DNA of 64,000 nt from Trichosphaerium sp. ATCC 40318 (GCA_038496445.1 JALMLS010000417.1:1-64000); one strand, 5' to 3'. Shown: positions 25,264 to 39,800, counted from the first letter of the stretch. Made by a program: numbers and translations. Notes: a model not told the origin generated them from the sequence alone.

Positions 25264-26237
25264 CTAAGTATACGACCTCACTGTCTGTAGTATCTCTCTA
25301 AGAAATTTAAATAAACTATCTAGTTTAGGCGCGGCTTCTACAGGCACTTGATCTTCCCAGCTAAGAGGTTTGAATAGAGCAATAAGTTCTTCACCTCCTT
25401 TATGGAATTTCTGCATATTTTCTACAACACCGATACGCTCCTTGTTATCGTCTGTAGCAGGTATAAAGTACTTAACAATGTTCGTTACAGCTGTTATTTG
25501 GCGATACAAAGATTTGGCAAACGTATCAGGCGACTACCATGAAGTTAGGACGAAAAAAGAAAAAAGCGCTCCGTACTTTTTTTATATTGACAAGTTGTCC
25601 TTTCCACGCGCTGAATCTAATCACGAGATAAGTATCGGCGTTTCTAAAACACCGCAAAGCGGTTTTGAGGCGTACTCTCTTGTAGCTTTTGCGAATTCTT
25701 TCAAATAGTCCTGTTTCGTTAACGTTGTGGTTCCTTGGGCGTTTCCGCGCAACAGTGCCATGACTGTGTGATGTTAAACCATAACGTAATGTGACAAGTC
25801 TCCTTACGCTTAGAGTGGACATCATTTAACACGAAATCAGCGTCGTCGTAAGCTTTTTTGTTTTCTGGTGAAGGATCGTTCGCTGCCGCTTGCCCTACGC
25901 TTCAATAGTTAGCATTAACCCTATTTCAGCGGTTCCGAACCAAAGGTAACCAATCTAGCGGCCGCGTTTGTTAACAAGCGTTTATGTTCTTGAATCTTCT
26001 CTCGTAGTAGCTCATCTGTTATCTCCTTACATGTTTGATCTGCAAAAGCGACTATAACGTTTTGTTAAAACGGTTAATTTAGACTTTAAATTATACGCTC
26101 TATTAACGTATATTACACGTACTTGAGCGGTTTACGCTTTTAACAACATCAATGTACTGAGACGGATCAGAAACGCCTCCTTTTGGCGATAATACAATGT
26201 CCTCAGGTGACCACTCTACTGTTCTCTTTGTAGACAT
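25264..26237 (-). CDS. Hypothetical alpha-helical protein, multi-exon
   Basis: Starts MSTKRTVEWSPEDIVLSP; internal exons CKEITDELLREKIQEHKRLLTNAAARL and AAANDPSPENKKAYDD; last exon is ORF 25264-25509. No family recognised. Confidence 0.5.
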
Positions 26238-26404
26238 TATTAATGTCGTGAGAAACGTTTCGCAATAAGCAATGGAGACCTTTTAAGGCATGAGCTTACA
26301 ACAAAGCGGTTTATTGCCATTGGCTCGGTCATACAACCGCACAGCATAGCTTAACAGTTGTATTACACAGGTATCGGAAGTCTAGCTACTGCTCAAGACG
26401 GGTG

Positions 26405-27833
26405 TTACGTGGAATGAGATGATTTAACTTTCAGCCCAGCTCGTCTCAGCTTACGTTCAACTAATATCTTGACAACAGCTTGAATATTACCATTATGCTG
26501 CTTGAGAAGTCTCATACTAGTCTTATTGACCTTGAAACCCATCTCACATAACTGACTGAACTGATCTTCGTAGCATTCAATTTCACTTTCTGATACCTCA
26601 TCTTCATCTGATGTACTTGAGCTTGCATCATCTAATTCAGAAACAATCTTTACCATAAGACGTGGACCAAACCTTCTGCCTGACAAAGACAATTGATACG
26701 AGCAAGTGTAAGATCCAGCAACTTGATTAAACAAACTTGTTAGCAAGAAAAAAAAAAGAAAAATATGTAGCTTTAATAACGTACTGAGAGGTGCCATAAG
26801 TGGGATACTAACATTAGTAGTTTCACCAGGAAGTACCTCCTTATTTAACGTTACATTTTTAGGAGCAGATAACAAGTTATAAGCCCTGAGACTAACGATT
26901 TTTGTTGCTAATAGGGAGTTAAACAAAGAATGTTTCAATTGCTTTCAAGACAATACGTACCAGTAGGCCACGCAGATCTCCCTACATTCATCAACCGCCA
27001 TGTCTTTGTAAAAGCTGATCCTGCTCTAAACACTGTTCCATTCTCGGCAGTCACGTGGGAAATAAATCTAGCAACATATTTACGAACACAACCATTAGTT
27101 CCTCTTTCTCTTGCGGTTGTTGCTGTTCCCCTTGACTTCTCTCTTAGTTCCTTATTCTTCCTCTCTTTAATGAGTAACTTTCTTTCCATATTGAGCTGCT
27201 TTGCACGCAGTCGAAGACGAGCCTGGTCACGTCTAAAACAAGAAATACTCAGTCATTTGCATGAAAAACAGAAAATGATTAAATTTCTTACTTCACTTCG
27301 GCTATTTTCATGTTAACTTCTTCTAAAGAAGCGAGATACTCTTCTTCAGAGCCAATAGAGCTTTCATCAGAATCTTCAGGTTCCATTTCATGCTCGGGTA
27401 TTGGCACGCGCTCATCGCGTGATTCAGCAGCATCGCACTGCATTTTTACTGGTTTTGGCGTGGTTTTTGTTCGGTTTGGTGCTCTCGGGGAAGCTTGGAA
27501 TCGTGGAGAGTCATTCCTGGCTTCAGGCAATGCTGTTGTTACCAAAAGGCGTAGGGGTGTCGTATCCTGCAAAGCTAGTTCCAAGTCGTTGTCACTGTGG
27601 GCGTTAGTGTTTCTAAAATTGACAAGTACCAATACGAACCAAGAGATAGTTATACTGTCTCCATCCTCATCCTCGTACTTAATAGTGACGTCCTCTCCAG
27701 TTTGAAAGCCGTAAATATCGAATACAGTACCAATAAGTGATTCAAACGACGTGCTATGAAGCTCAAAGCGTCTGATATCATCACCGTGATACGCTTTACA
27801 TGTTACTATCGCTAAATGTGGTTTACAAGCCAT
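26405..27833 (-). CDS. NBR1/p62-like autophagy receptor: PB1 + FW (NBR1 Ig-like) + UBA
   Basis: PB1 (CKAYHGDDIRRF...IKYEDEDGDSITIS.DNDL); FW (ARFISHVTAENGTVF.AGSAFTKTWRLMNVG..AWP...FGPRLMVKI); UBA (QLCEMGF.....MRLLKQHNGNIQAVV). Confidence 0.85.
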
Positions 27834-28631
27834 AATTGTTGTGAAAGTGATAGCAAGGTGTGTAAGTTAGCCACCAGTGGTTATGGCTTGGTTTTAACGT
27901 TCTAAGAACGTACTTAACGCACTTCTTTGAAAGAATGAAAAAAATGTGAAAACTGAAGATCTTGTTTGGCTCTTAAACGAAAGAATAGATTTGTATTTTG
28001 TAGACTATCAACAGGGATTTTAGTGATGGGTTGGGAGTGTGATCCATTAGGTCCAAACCATTGATAGATTGTTGTCAGTGTCAGCAACGACGTCGCTGCT
28101 GACACTGACACAACACGACAGTAAGTCAGATTGAAATACTATGGACACATAGTGTATAGATGAATTCATGCTTTTGGCAATAATTGTGAGCGAGAATAAT
28201 ACTTACCTATGTACATGCTACTCTCCTGTAAGATTAGCACTGTTAGATATGCCTTTTTCTTCTTTTATTTAGCTATGAAAGGTATCAAAAGGTACGTGAA
28301 AAATAGAAAAACCAAAAGATGCACCTGGCTTTTTACATGTTTGGTAGTTGCTTGGTTACACTGAAATACATATCTACTTCATCAACTGAACATGTGAATT
28401 ATGTACCAGCGAGTGATAGTCTATCTCCGAGTATGGGTATGGAGCCTACTAAGAAGGTGCTACTCAATATATTTGGGAAAAACTGTCAGTTCGTCAAACC
28501 ATTTTTTCAGGCCAGGTCTATCTTTCCCTGGTTTTTGGAGAACACAGTCACCCCATATACAGCAAACCATTGAATCTCGTCTGTTTGATAACTTAATACT
28601 GTATATTGTGACGCCAAATACTTAATTGCAT

Positions 28632-29657
28632 TTACTTGTTGATACGTAACAAAGACGAGCATGAACACTCGAGCAGAATGACACTAATGTAAAGTACAAT
28701 ACACCTTTTATTTTTCTTCATCATTTTTATTTTTTCTCTGCCTTCAATCGCAACACGTAGTGCTAGCTCAAACACTAAAATTTATTATTGTTAGTCTTCT
28801 GTACTTTGACAGTACCTTCAGTAACGTTATTTTGTTCCTTAGCGCTACATTCCACAAAGGGTATCTTTTTATCATTAGTGTTTATTTATAGGCAAAAAAA
28901 AAAAGAAGGTAGATCGCTTACACCTAGATATGAAGCCAGCTCGTCCCCTTCTGACGTTGATATTAGTTTGATTGATTTATCACTTCCTTTGGCTTCTCTT
29001 ATATCTATTTTTAACCCGCACAAGACTAATAATAGCAAACTTAACACAAAAATAATATTCTACTAAGTATTTACTTGAAGGTGTATTTGGCATATGATGT
29101 TGTACTTCTGGGTAGAACTAAACGTCATTATGAAAAGTTTCTACTTATTGATCTCTTACTGTTTTGGCTATGCTTTCAAAACTTTCCTCATTTGCTACAT
29201 CGTAACAAAGCAAGAATACGTCCTTTTACATTAGTCAAGAATACAGTTTTTCCAATAAGGCACTTACAGTTCCAGGATAAGTTAACGGTCTTAGTCTTTT
29301 ACGATAAGCTTCTGTATTCCTACCTCCCTTTAAATAATTGATTAAACAATGTCAGATATTGTCATGTTTAGTGTGTACACCATCCCAAAGTCCAAGTTGA
29401 ATTTCAGAACCTTGAAACTTTACACCAATTTCATATGAGTCAAATACAGTCGGTACATAGTTCGATGGGAATACCCCTACGTTTTAGTAAGTTAATACAA
29501 GTTAAAATAAAGTTCATTCACACAAACACAAGACGTACCTGCAGTGTATGTTATAAGAAGAGATGTCTTTCCTTTTCAATCGTTAGAACAGTTAATCTTT
29601 CAGTACAACTGTATTACCTACACCTTCATCTCCTAGCACCATCAGTTTGTTGTGCAT
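28632..29657 (-). CDS. Atypical Rho-family small GTPase, about 9 exons (not shown in the ORF track)
   Basis: Spliced: MHNKLMVLGDEGV|GKTSLLITYTA|GVFPSNYVPTVFDSY...QLGLWDG|GGRNTEAYRKRLRPLTYPGT|DVFLLCYDV...|LCGLKIDIRE...|FVECSAKEQNNV|...KKNKRCIVL. Confidence 0.88.
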
Positions 29658-29929
29658 ATCTCACAACGTCCTTTACTTAGTTTAATCTTCTTTCCATCAG
29701 CAAGTCAGACAGGTGAACGTATTAGGCTAACAGAACATGTAATAGTCATATTTTTTCTTTTCTGTACAAAAAAGTCGTGTTTGGAAATTGCACGTGATAC
29801 AGTGCACACGCCGCAATCAGTTTGGTATTTAATCGAATTTCTTACTCTTGCAACATTACAAGGGACGAGAACGCATTGACGGTAAAATTTCAAACGTCAA
29901 CAAAAAAAGGATTTCAATTACTTTTTTTA

Positions 29930-31518
29930 TTAATATTCATTTACTAGTACACCTGATGTTGGTGTATTAGGCGTTGTTGATATATCACTAACATCAGTAT
30001 CAGTTTTACCATTACTATCTACATCTTGGTTTAATGATACACTAACATCTCCGCCATTATTCCAAGAAGAAGGAGAATGAGCATCTTCAATAGCACCAAC
30101 ATCATCATTATGATCAGCTAGAAAAACCATTAGAACGTACAAACGATTCTCAAACAAATAACTCACTCAGTAGAGCAGATGCCTCTTCTTCAGCTTGTCT
30201 TTTTCTTTTTCCTCTCCTCCTATCACGTATCCAATACACTATGCACATCGCAAGAAGCAATGACTGTTCAATACCTTCAGGAGAAATTAAGAAAATTATA
30301 AGAAATACATAATGGGTTGGTTGTTTGCACTTACCTTGAATGACATACGGACCCCAAGTTGTTATGTCAGATTTACTTTGTACTGCTTGAAAATATACAA
30401 TAAGGAAAGCTCCTGGTATTTGTAGTAAAAGCATAGGAATACTGAGTGTGCCAATTTCCTTTTTTTGTATTTAGTTTAATTAAATATTTCATTTCACAAG
30501 AGAACTTCCTTCACTTACCCTTGATCTAAACGTTGTCCATAACTGAGGAAGCCACATTATCAATACAGCTATTGCTGATATAATGCCACAAATACGAGCA
30601 TATGTGACTAAGTACAAATGTCAAAAATACTAAGGCCACAAAAGGAGAAATAAAAGATACGAAACTTCGAGACGTACTCATGTGGTCTGACCTGACGCCT
30701 GCTACATAGTACAATAGTGCAGCTAGTCCACTAACAAAGAAAAGCAATGCAACCAAAGCAGCTAGAACGATGGTTCCAATGAGGAAGCTTCTTTTTTTCT
30801 GTTTTCTTGTGGCAGTCTTTGATGGCTCGAATGGAAAGTAGTGGAGTACAAATACATATCTTGCATGTCAAGGTTTATAAAAAAAGTCTAAAGGCCGTCA
30901 AAAAAAACACATTGTTAACACTTTGGTTGACATGGTTTAGGATACGCTACAAATGTTCCCAATGGCCCTGGTGCCAGTTGTGTTATTGGTAAGTTTAGAT
31001 ACAAGCACTGTCCGGCATCCTTGAGAAAGTTAAGAGTGAATAAACAGAAAAAAGTAAAAAAAACGGGAAAAGATACGGTACCAAACTTAGGTAATTACAG
31101 CACATCACGTGAGATTCCCACTTTAACATTGTAACATTTATAAGTCCTGTAATACCTGAGAGGAATCCAAGAGCATATACAAAGTAATTCAAACCCTCAG
31201 ACGACTTGGCAAGCAAAATGGAGATGTACTATTAAAAGTTAAAAAAAAAACTAAAAAAGAAGCGCTAAACGCCTTCAATCAACGTAAGATATACTTACCT
31301 GTGGTACAAACGATGCTAGAATACCAACTGTGAGTAGTATACCTTGAAAGCGTCAGTATAGCGATTGTAATCGCTTGTGAGCGAGCTGCTGTCAAAAAGT
31401 TACCAACAAATGCTGTAAATCCGTCAATTTCTGGTTTTTCACAACCGAACGACGTGGTATTGATAGCTGGCGGAGTAGAATTGCCAATTTCCCATGAAAA
31501 GTCGTTTAGAGATTCCAT
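29930..31518 (-). CDS. PQ-loop repeat membrane transporter (PQLC-like), multi-exon
   Basis: Two PQ motifs (LASFVPQ|YISILLAKSSEGL; IMWLPQLWTTFRSR|EIGTLSIPMLLLQIPG), about 7 TM segments and an acidic tail containing EEEASALL (dileucine-like). Confidence 0.85.
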
Positions 31519-31764
31519 AGCGTTACCTCCGTGTTACCTAGGCTATTTTTATTGCGTAAGGAAGATTGTCCTGTAAATACAGGCGGAAGTGAAAAGATAA
31601 GCGTTGTAATAAAAGCAATTAGTACCTGATGCGCGCTATTGAAGCCTCCGTTATTTGAAATCTGTTGACATGGAAAAGAAAGTTGGCGTTAAATTTTAAA
31701 GCCACCAATTAGCCACATACGTTCAACAAACGTACAACAGTACTATTAAATAACAAGCACTTAA

Positions 31765-33041
31765 ATGGACAGCCCTAGCGAAGTTGAAGTCGAAACTGAG
31801 ATTAACACTAACGTACGACATTGTTTACGTATGAAATACGTATAAACACGTATATGTAGGGCTATGCGCTTATAAAGAATTTTATCCCACTTGAAGCCGT
31901 TCAAAATCTTCAAAGCGCTATTGACGCGCTGGTAGAGCGTAACTACACCAGAAAAAACCTAATGGGTAACAATAAAATTGTTTAACCTATGAAATAACGT
32001 CCAACGCAGATCATTCGGCATATGTTAGCGATACAAACAAAGGTACAGCGTTAAAAAAACCTTACGAACACTTTCAACTAATCATTGAGTTCAACAGGAC
32101 GTCTATCTTGGGCTTTTGCACTGAAGCATCCTACAGCGCCAGCAAGCTCTCTGCCATCCATAGACATAGTAGGAGATGACACAGTTACAATACTCAAAGA
32201 TCTAATGCTCCGAGTTCACAAACATCTTAATGTCACTCAAGGAAGAACACTGTTTAATATACAAAAGTACGTACTCCTTTGGCTCATGGCGTTGTTTGTG
32301 GCCAATCTTTTAGTTGGTATGACAGTGACTGACGTAATGTTAATGCTATAGATACTTTACATTTTCGAAACCAGTTGTAACACATCACGATGGTGAGATT
32401 TTCGACGTTCAACTTGATCACAAAGAGCATGGCATTGACCAAACTATTTTACGAGCAATTTACCCACAAAGAGGTTCGTTATCCGTTTTTTAGTCACGTG
32501 TATGCAACAGTTGTCTCATGTGATAACCTTGTTTTTTAATTCTGCTGTAGTTGCGTTATTGACATTACTTAACAACGCAAATGGCGGCGGAACACGGCTC
32601 CACTCGTTGGAGACTGGGAAAACGTTTGTTGTTAAAGCTCAGCCAGGAGAACTTTTAGTATTTGATAACGTGAAGTATAAACACAGCGTGGATGAGCTTA
32701 AACCTATCGGCGATCAAATAGATGATGGTAAATTAATTAGACAGGTACACCTGACGTTCAGTTCATTAACCTTTGTCCGAAAAACATAAAAACAAAAACA
32801 GAAGTTCTGCAGCGTGAGAACCAATAACCGAAGTGTAGTTATCTTCATTAACGTTTATTTATAGATAGTCGGTTGGCGGAGTATGGAGGACCATGTTGTA
32901 CACTATAACTTAAATAGGAATCGCGAACCATACAAGCCTGTTTCATACTTGAAAGCATGTTATTTTTATGATCACTTCTTTTCAAAGATCTGGCCACATA
33001 AGAAACTAGAGCTTGCAATGTTTGATCTTCCGAAAAAGTAA
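31765..33041 (+). CDS. 2-oxoglutarate/Fe(II)-dependent oxygenase
   Basis: GYALIKNF; HxD motif (THHDGE); VALLTL..GGGTRL..GELLVFDN..KHSV..LIR|IVGWRS, a double-stranded beta-helix pattern. Confidence 0.78.
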
Positions 33042-33198
33042 TAGTAAATAGTAACATATATGTAAAGCAAAATCTACAACACATCTACCGGCTGTAGGTA
33101 GGAATAAAATTCAATTCAATTTTTTTTGTACTGGCAAAGAAGCACGTGAATTCAAACGTTTTCAAACATATTATTTGAGAAAGGATTTTTTGTTCTGA

Positions 33199-34076
33199 AT
33201 GTCTGACAGTTCAAGCGAAGAGGAGGTCATCCTTCCTGTAGGAGAACGTACGGTGTAAACGTAGTAGCTTTAGATAATTAGATAAACAAAAAAAAAAAAG
33301 TCCGTTTATAAGCGTATCCTCTCCGTGTTAGTAATTAGATTGCTTTCTAATGTGGCAACATTTATAACCCCTCCTTCCGATATTTTGGCTTCTCTTTAAG
33401 GCTTTTTTGGCGTTAAAACAATGTAGAAATTGCTTACAGTGGATTCTTACTTAAAAAGACGTCATCCGTTTTGGTTGCGGCTAAAAGGCGATTTTTTGTT
33501 CTGCGAGGTAACGTCTTGAGTTACTTCAAGGATGATAAGGTACGTCTCTAATAAACACATTGATGTTATTTACATCAATAAATAAACTGGAATTGTGCTT
33601 TTGGTGAAATAATTACACTACTAGGATCTCACTGCCAGCCGATGTGATATTGATTTAGAAGGTGCAGAGATAATAGCTCCAGACGCATCGGGTAGTGGTA
33701 CGTAATTACTCTTCTTACTTTTTCGAGTTTTTTCTTTCACGTTTTTTTTTCTGTTTTGTATTCAACCCTTTGTTTGCAAATATACGCTGTATACTATCTG
33801 ATCGATACAATGTATTGCTACAACACGGTTTTTATAAAAAACAAAGAATTTTATCGCGACAGCAATAACGTCAAAAGAAAAAAAAAACAAAACACGTGAA
33901 AGAAAAAGAGGACTTGCATAAAAATAGTATTAATCACGTGTTTTTTAGGTCCCTTTCATATGAAAATTCGTACAGCAGCAAGGACATGGGAACTATCATG
34001 TAAAATAACAAACGTGTACAAAGAATGGCGAAAACATTTGCAATCAGCAGCGAAAGGAGAGGTTGCTGATGTTTGA
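33199..34076 (+). CDS. Small stand-alone PH-domain protein, 4 exons
   Basis: YSGFLLKKTSS..AKRRFFVLRGNVLSYFKDDK|..IDLEGAEI..|FHMKIRTAARTWELSC...YKEWRKHLQ. Confidence 0.85.
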
Positions 34077-34453
34077 AAGAAAACTCAAAAACAAAAAAAA
34101 AAAAAAAAGTGCTCCAACTCAGATTTAGGGTTGAGCTACTACCCCTTTGTATAGGACAAATGTGTACACAAACGTACGGATATGTCGGTAAAAGCTTTCT
34201 TTTTTTTCTTCAAGGACTTTGAATGAGTGTAGAAAAAAACCGCGTAGAAAATGTTCTAGCGGCTTGTAATATAATAAGATAAATGGAATACACGCGTTTT
34301 TTGGTAATATAAATTGTGTTAGAGTTTTTTACCTCTTTAAAGTACTACCACATGACAGGTGAACTTGTTGGTGATAGCGAGAGCAAAGATTATCGGCCAA
34401 AGTCACCGAAGTTCTTTACCATTTCTGCTACAAGCTGCACGTTACATTCGACT

Positions 34454-36535
34454 ATGCATAGCGTTACGCTTGTTGTTTGCTTGGTAGCTTTATTCTGTGT
34501 ATCAAACGCAACTTTTGACGTTGAATTGTGGGTTTCGCCGTCGGGATCTAATAACGAAACTTGTGGCACTGAACAAGAGTACGTACTAGTAAATATATGA
34601 GATGTACTAATGCGTGTAGCCCATGCAAAACCATACAGCATACAATCGACAAAGTGCTATCTAACAGCTCCCACGAGAATAAATTTGTTGCGGTTACGCT
34701 TGTAAGAATTCTCTGCATAATTGTCGCTTTTAACGCACTGATGCTGACAGGAATAGGTTCCGAATGGCGTATACTCGGCTAAAGAAGATATTCAAGTAGC
34801 TTTCCCAAAAAAAAACTACATCAAAGTAGCATCGTTAACTATAGCCTCCGCTGAAGTTCCATCAGGATCGGTGCGTACCATAAAGCACTATTCTTCTCTT
34901 AACGACTTTAGGCCAAACCGCGCATTTGGTGTGAAGAAGCTACTTCTACAGGCTGGAAAGTAACGGATTTCGAGCCCACACTCGTAATTAAAGGTGTTTA
35001 GTTCGCTTTAGGCAAATTAATTGCTGACCTTTCGGTTTTCAAGACTTGGAGTTTCATAACTGCACAGACAGTGCACTGTACATAACAGATGAAGAAGACG
35101 AGCAAACACTAGATGACTACATAATCAAAAATTCAGGATTTTATGCGTAAGTGCCTCTAAGGATGATTTCTACGCGTGGAGTAGACAATAACGCTATTAT
35201 AAACCCGTTCCAACTGCATAGCGCTTTTTTCTTCTACCATCTTTCATGAATGGTTAAAGTGTTCGAATATGCTTGTAAACGTTGGCGCTTCAGTATACTT
35301 GGCCGAGAAGCGCATTTTGTGTTTTTTTTGCTTTTTGGATCGCCGATTTTGTTTGATTTTTTTTTAGCAATACAGGCTCTGCAGGCGGTGCAATACATTA
35401 TGATGGTGGCCATAAGCTAATAAAGATTGTTGACTCGGTGTTTGAAGGTAATACAGCCAGTGGTCAAGGCGGTGCAATACGTGTTGAAATGTCAGGTGCT
35501 TTGGAAATAATTGGTTCAACATTTGAGTACGTATTTGTTTGGCTCTTTTTTTTTTGAGTGGTATCACGTGATTAAACTTTTAAATAGATATAATGGTATG
35601 AGCGCATTTGGGGGTTTATTCGAGACTACAGCTGGTGGAGCAATAGCGTTTATAGCTAAGTAAGTGTAACAACACTGAGCTTTCCTTTTTTTTATTTTTT
35701 TCCCCTTTTTTACCAACCTGTTTTCCTGCTGTTGCGTGTGACTAGGGGCCCCTTTTTTTTTGGTGTACTCATTACTATTAGTATGTCTAATTTATGTTAT
35801 TTAGGACTATAAATTCGACATTTTCAAGTAATACAGGGAATACTTACACTCATTGCTCTGCTGCTAACGGAGGTGCTATTTATAGTATTGCAGCTCTTGC
35901 AACAATAAATGGTGTTTTCAAGCATAATTCTGCGACCCGCAGTGGAGGTGCTCTTTTCCTTGAAGGAATGGGACTCGATGTGCCAGATAAAATGGTTGAA
36001 ATCTGTGGTGCAGAAAGTACGTTGTTCATTAGGTTTTTTTTTTAGTTTAAACTTTTACTGACCTTTTTTACGCTTAGTAAAAAACAACTCTGCTCTTATT
36101 TCTGGTGGTGGTATTCATGCTGGAAAGGGTAATTTCTTGTATGTAATATCTAGTGTCTAAGTTGATACTCATTTGTTACATTTTAGAATAAACAGAGCCT
36201 TGTACACTGATAACGAAACTGGTACAAAACCAGATGAGTTTGATTGTATATACCAATGTTCTGTGCACTATTGCGAAGACGGTCCAGTTGTGCCAACAGG
36301 CAAAGGAAGTAAATTGGCTTTAGCTCTTGGTATAAGTAAGCATCATCTTTTAACAATACAGAGTCTTTACGACAACTTCTTTGTGCTTCTCTCTTACTTA
36401 CTTTTTTTTCTAGTATTCATTTTGATGGTTATTGTCGTTTTAGTATCTTTCTGTTTATACTATTTTGGATACCATAGACGTTATAGACGTCTTTATTATC
36501 AGACATTAGATAGACATGCAGCTAATTCCTTATAA
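34454..36535 (+). CDS. Type I membrane protein with Pmp-like GGAI beta-helix repeats
   Basis: Signal peptide; VSPSGSN..CG...SPCKTIQHTI; repeated F..N....GGAI motifs (AGGAI, QGGAI, NGGAIYS, SGGALF); C-terminal TM and basic tail. Confidence 0.75.
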
Positions 36536-36817
36536 AAAGGATGTTATAACAAAAAAAAACTAAAACAAATATTAAAAAAAATTGGAAAAGTGCAACATTT
36601 TATGCTCGATGGTTTGGCCTTGTACATTCAATGAATTGGTACTAAGAGGCCTCAAAGGGTGGCCCAACCAGTGAACGTGGTCACCCAAACGAGGATAGTC
36701 TTAAATACGTGCAGTCCGTGGCTTCCAGGATTCACTAAATAGAATGCTGGTTTTAAGTCATTAGTGTTGTTTTAAAACTATCAGTTCCTGCAAGTCAACA
36801 ACAGTTCTTTTTTTAAA

Positions 36818-39800
36818 ATGAACCACCGAGAGCGTGACTACGGTTACCCACGTAGGAATGAGTACCCTAGATATAGAAATTACCATGATAACAGCTATAA
36901 CGAACAAGAATACGATAGACAACCTGAATACTATTATAACGATCCACCAGCGCCCAGATATGGGCATAATTATTCACCTCATACAGGTGCTCGACATTAT
37001 CAACAACAGCATCAAAACCAACCACGTGCGTATGGCAATCGCCGAGTAAGTACGAGAAGACATTCAATTCATGGTGTACACCCAATAACCCCTCACAACG
37101 GTAAATGTTCGAGTTCCTACTGTTGGTTTTAAGTAAATCTTTTTTAGCTCCTAGAAGAGACGTTAGGAAGCCACTAAGTTTTAAAGATTTGTACGATACC
37201 AAACCTGTCGTAGTATGTTTAAACAATGGGTAGTATTTACACTAAAGCGTATTACCTCTAGGAACCAAAGAGGAACGTTGGTCATAAAACACAATATCGC
37301 AAACCACGTGCGCAAATATTTGTTTGGACGTCTTTTTCCAATTTTCTGTTGTATGTTAGAACGCACTGGTAGACGGTTCAGCAGTATCGTTGATCTTGTT
37401 GCTTCTTATGAGGAAGACGACAACGAAGCAGAACATGATATTGAAGTCGTGAGCGCTCCGGTAGTGCAACGTAAAGAGCATGATCTTATTGAACGAAAAA
37501 AACCTTCGTCTTATCAAAAACCACCTTCTTCATTGGTACCAAGCAAATCCTTTTGTTCTTCTAATGGAATTTGACTTTTTTATTGTAGAACTTTAATGCG
37601 GATGTATCATTCCTTGATAATGGAACTACGTATTGGAATAATTTAAAGAGTGTCAATCAAACGAAAGAAAGTGTTCCTGAAGAAGTAGTTAATTATGTCA
37701 AAACCTTCAATGCTGTCTTCAAGTAAGAGCTTTTTTTTCTTCTTTTTCTTTAAAGTACTTTTTGAAGGGCTAGTAATTATACCTTTTTGGTTAAATTATA
37801 TTTTAATACGTGCTATGTATAGGTGTAGTTCTAGGTCCTTTGTTACCATGCTCAAGAAGTCATGTGCTTTGACACAGAAAACGACAGATCCAGCTGGAAC
37901 AATATTAGCAAGTACGTAGATCTATCAACTATGTTAAGCTTCCACACAACACTACATATTTACTCATCTTTTATAGCAATATCATCGCTCCCTTTATTAA
38001 AATCCAAACGCTTGACAATATCAAGTGTTCAAAAAACACAACTGGATAAATGGATACAATCAGTAACAAAAAGGTAGGTGTTTAAAAAATAAAGATTCCC
38101 ATCCGCTAAAAACATTTCTAACTATTTTTATTGTAGCGTCTTTTCTCCTTCACAAAGTGCAACATCTGTACGTTTTTAACAATTCAGAATGTATCACATG
38201 TCTTTAGTTCCTAGATTAGTATCTAGGGCATGAACTGAAAACTATCTCTGCAGTTATCTTACTCTTTGTTACAAGGCAACGTTAACGATTGAACAGTCAG
38301 TAAGAAATTTTTTAGAAGCTACAGAGCTTCTTAAAATACGAAGAGATATCATATCTATGTCTAATGCTTTACACCAACAAAATAGTCAATTACAATGCTA
38401 TTTCGGTAGGCCTTCGAACATCAACGGATCAGATGTCCTAATTGTCTTAAAACAGGTAAGCGAAAAGGTTACCAAAAAGCAAACCACTTTTCTTCACTTA
38501 TTGCGGTTTTTTGTGAACCGCTGCTGACTTGTTTTAGGAGCTTCTATACCATCCTGATTCATCAATTATAGTACACCCATTATTTTCAATTTTATCAAAA
38601 CGAAGCAAGATTAGCCGTCCATGGAGCACTAGTTTAATCGATGGTCAAGATGCCTTAAAGAAAAGCAAACTTCATCCTGCAGTTAACAAAGACTGGAACC
38701 ATATTATAGCCGCTGAACTCATCGTAAGACACTCAGTAAGCGTGTTAGTTACCCTAATGATTTTTAATGTGTAGGCTCAAGCTGTACAAGCCACTACAGC
38801 TGGATTATTCAACTACGATGCAACAAAACCATTGGAATCTGTCAAACGCTTTTTATCAGAAAATTATGAGAATCCAACCGCATTACTTCCTTCTTATGTA
38901 CCTCTTCATTATGCTGAACGCGTTATAATGTCTGAAAGAACTTGGTTTAGTATGGCTACTACGGATCAACAGATACTCAGCGCAGTTTTCGGTAAAACCG
39001 CAAAGAGCTCAATCGTTAAAGTTAAACAAAGAGATTTTGTCGATTTGAAGTATTATGTTTTAAAGCATATACTTGTTCCTAGACATGAGCAAAATGGTTT
39101 TTCTTTATGGATTGAGAAAAAAAGAGGAAGGGATGTGTTCATACCATTACCGATAACAAACAATAGTTGCTCCATCACATTCAAAGGTAACTTATTTGTC
39201 CCCGTTCTCTTTTTTTCTTCAAAAGTGGCCTGATACAAACTCTTTTTCTTCGTTTGTTAATACTCTCTTTGCAGCCTGTAGATTATCTATATCATTAAGA
39301 CTAACTGATAAACCTGTCGATACACTTGGCGCGGATTCAACAACCAGAGAAATATATTCAATCACTATTGACGATGAAAGATCTTACTCTTCTTATATCA
39401 AGAAAGATAACAAGCATCCAGGCAAACGTATTGCTTTAGTTTCAAACCTCAATAAGGTACGCCCTTGATATTACGCAAAACAGTATCTATTGATGTGAAC
39501 AAACAATACCAAAGCCTAGACAAGAGCCATAGTACTTGCTTTGTTCTGTTTTTGGTTTTACAGTTGAAGTGGATTTATGTTTATACACTTTTTTTAGAGC
39601 TATGGAGTACCAAAACGATTTGAACTTATTGAATATAAGTTAACTTATCGCGACGGTGTATTGACATTAGCACACATTGACGGTATGAAGTAACAACTGC
39701 TTTCAAATGATTTTTGGAAAACTTTTTTTTTTTCCATATTTTTGTACTCGATCAAAATTTCTCACTAGTGAATTGTAATTAGGTTCTGGAACGCTCTTTG

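Noticed and set aside
37360-37410. SH2-like motif RRFSSIVDLVASY in the PARP gene
   Set aside because: No FLVRES-type core or other SH2 elements in the neighbouring exons.
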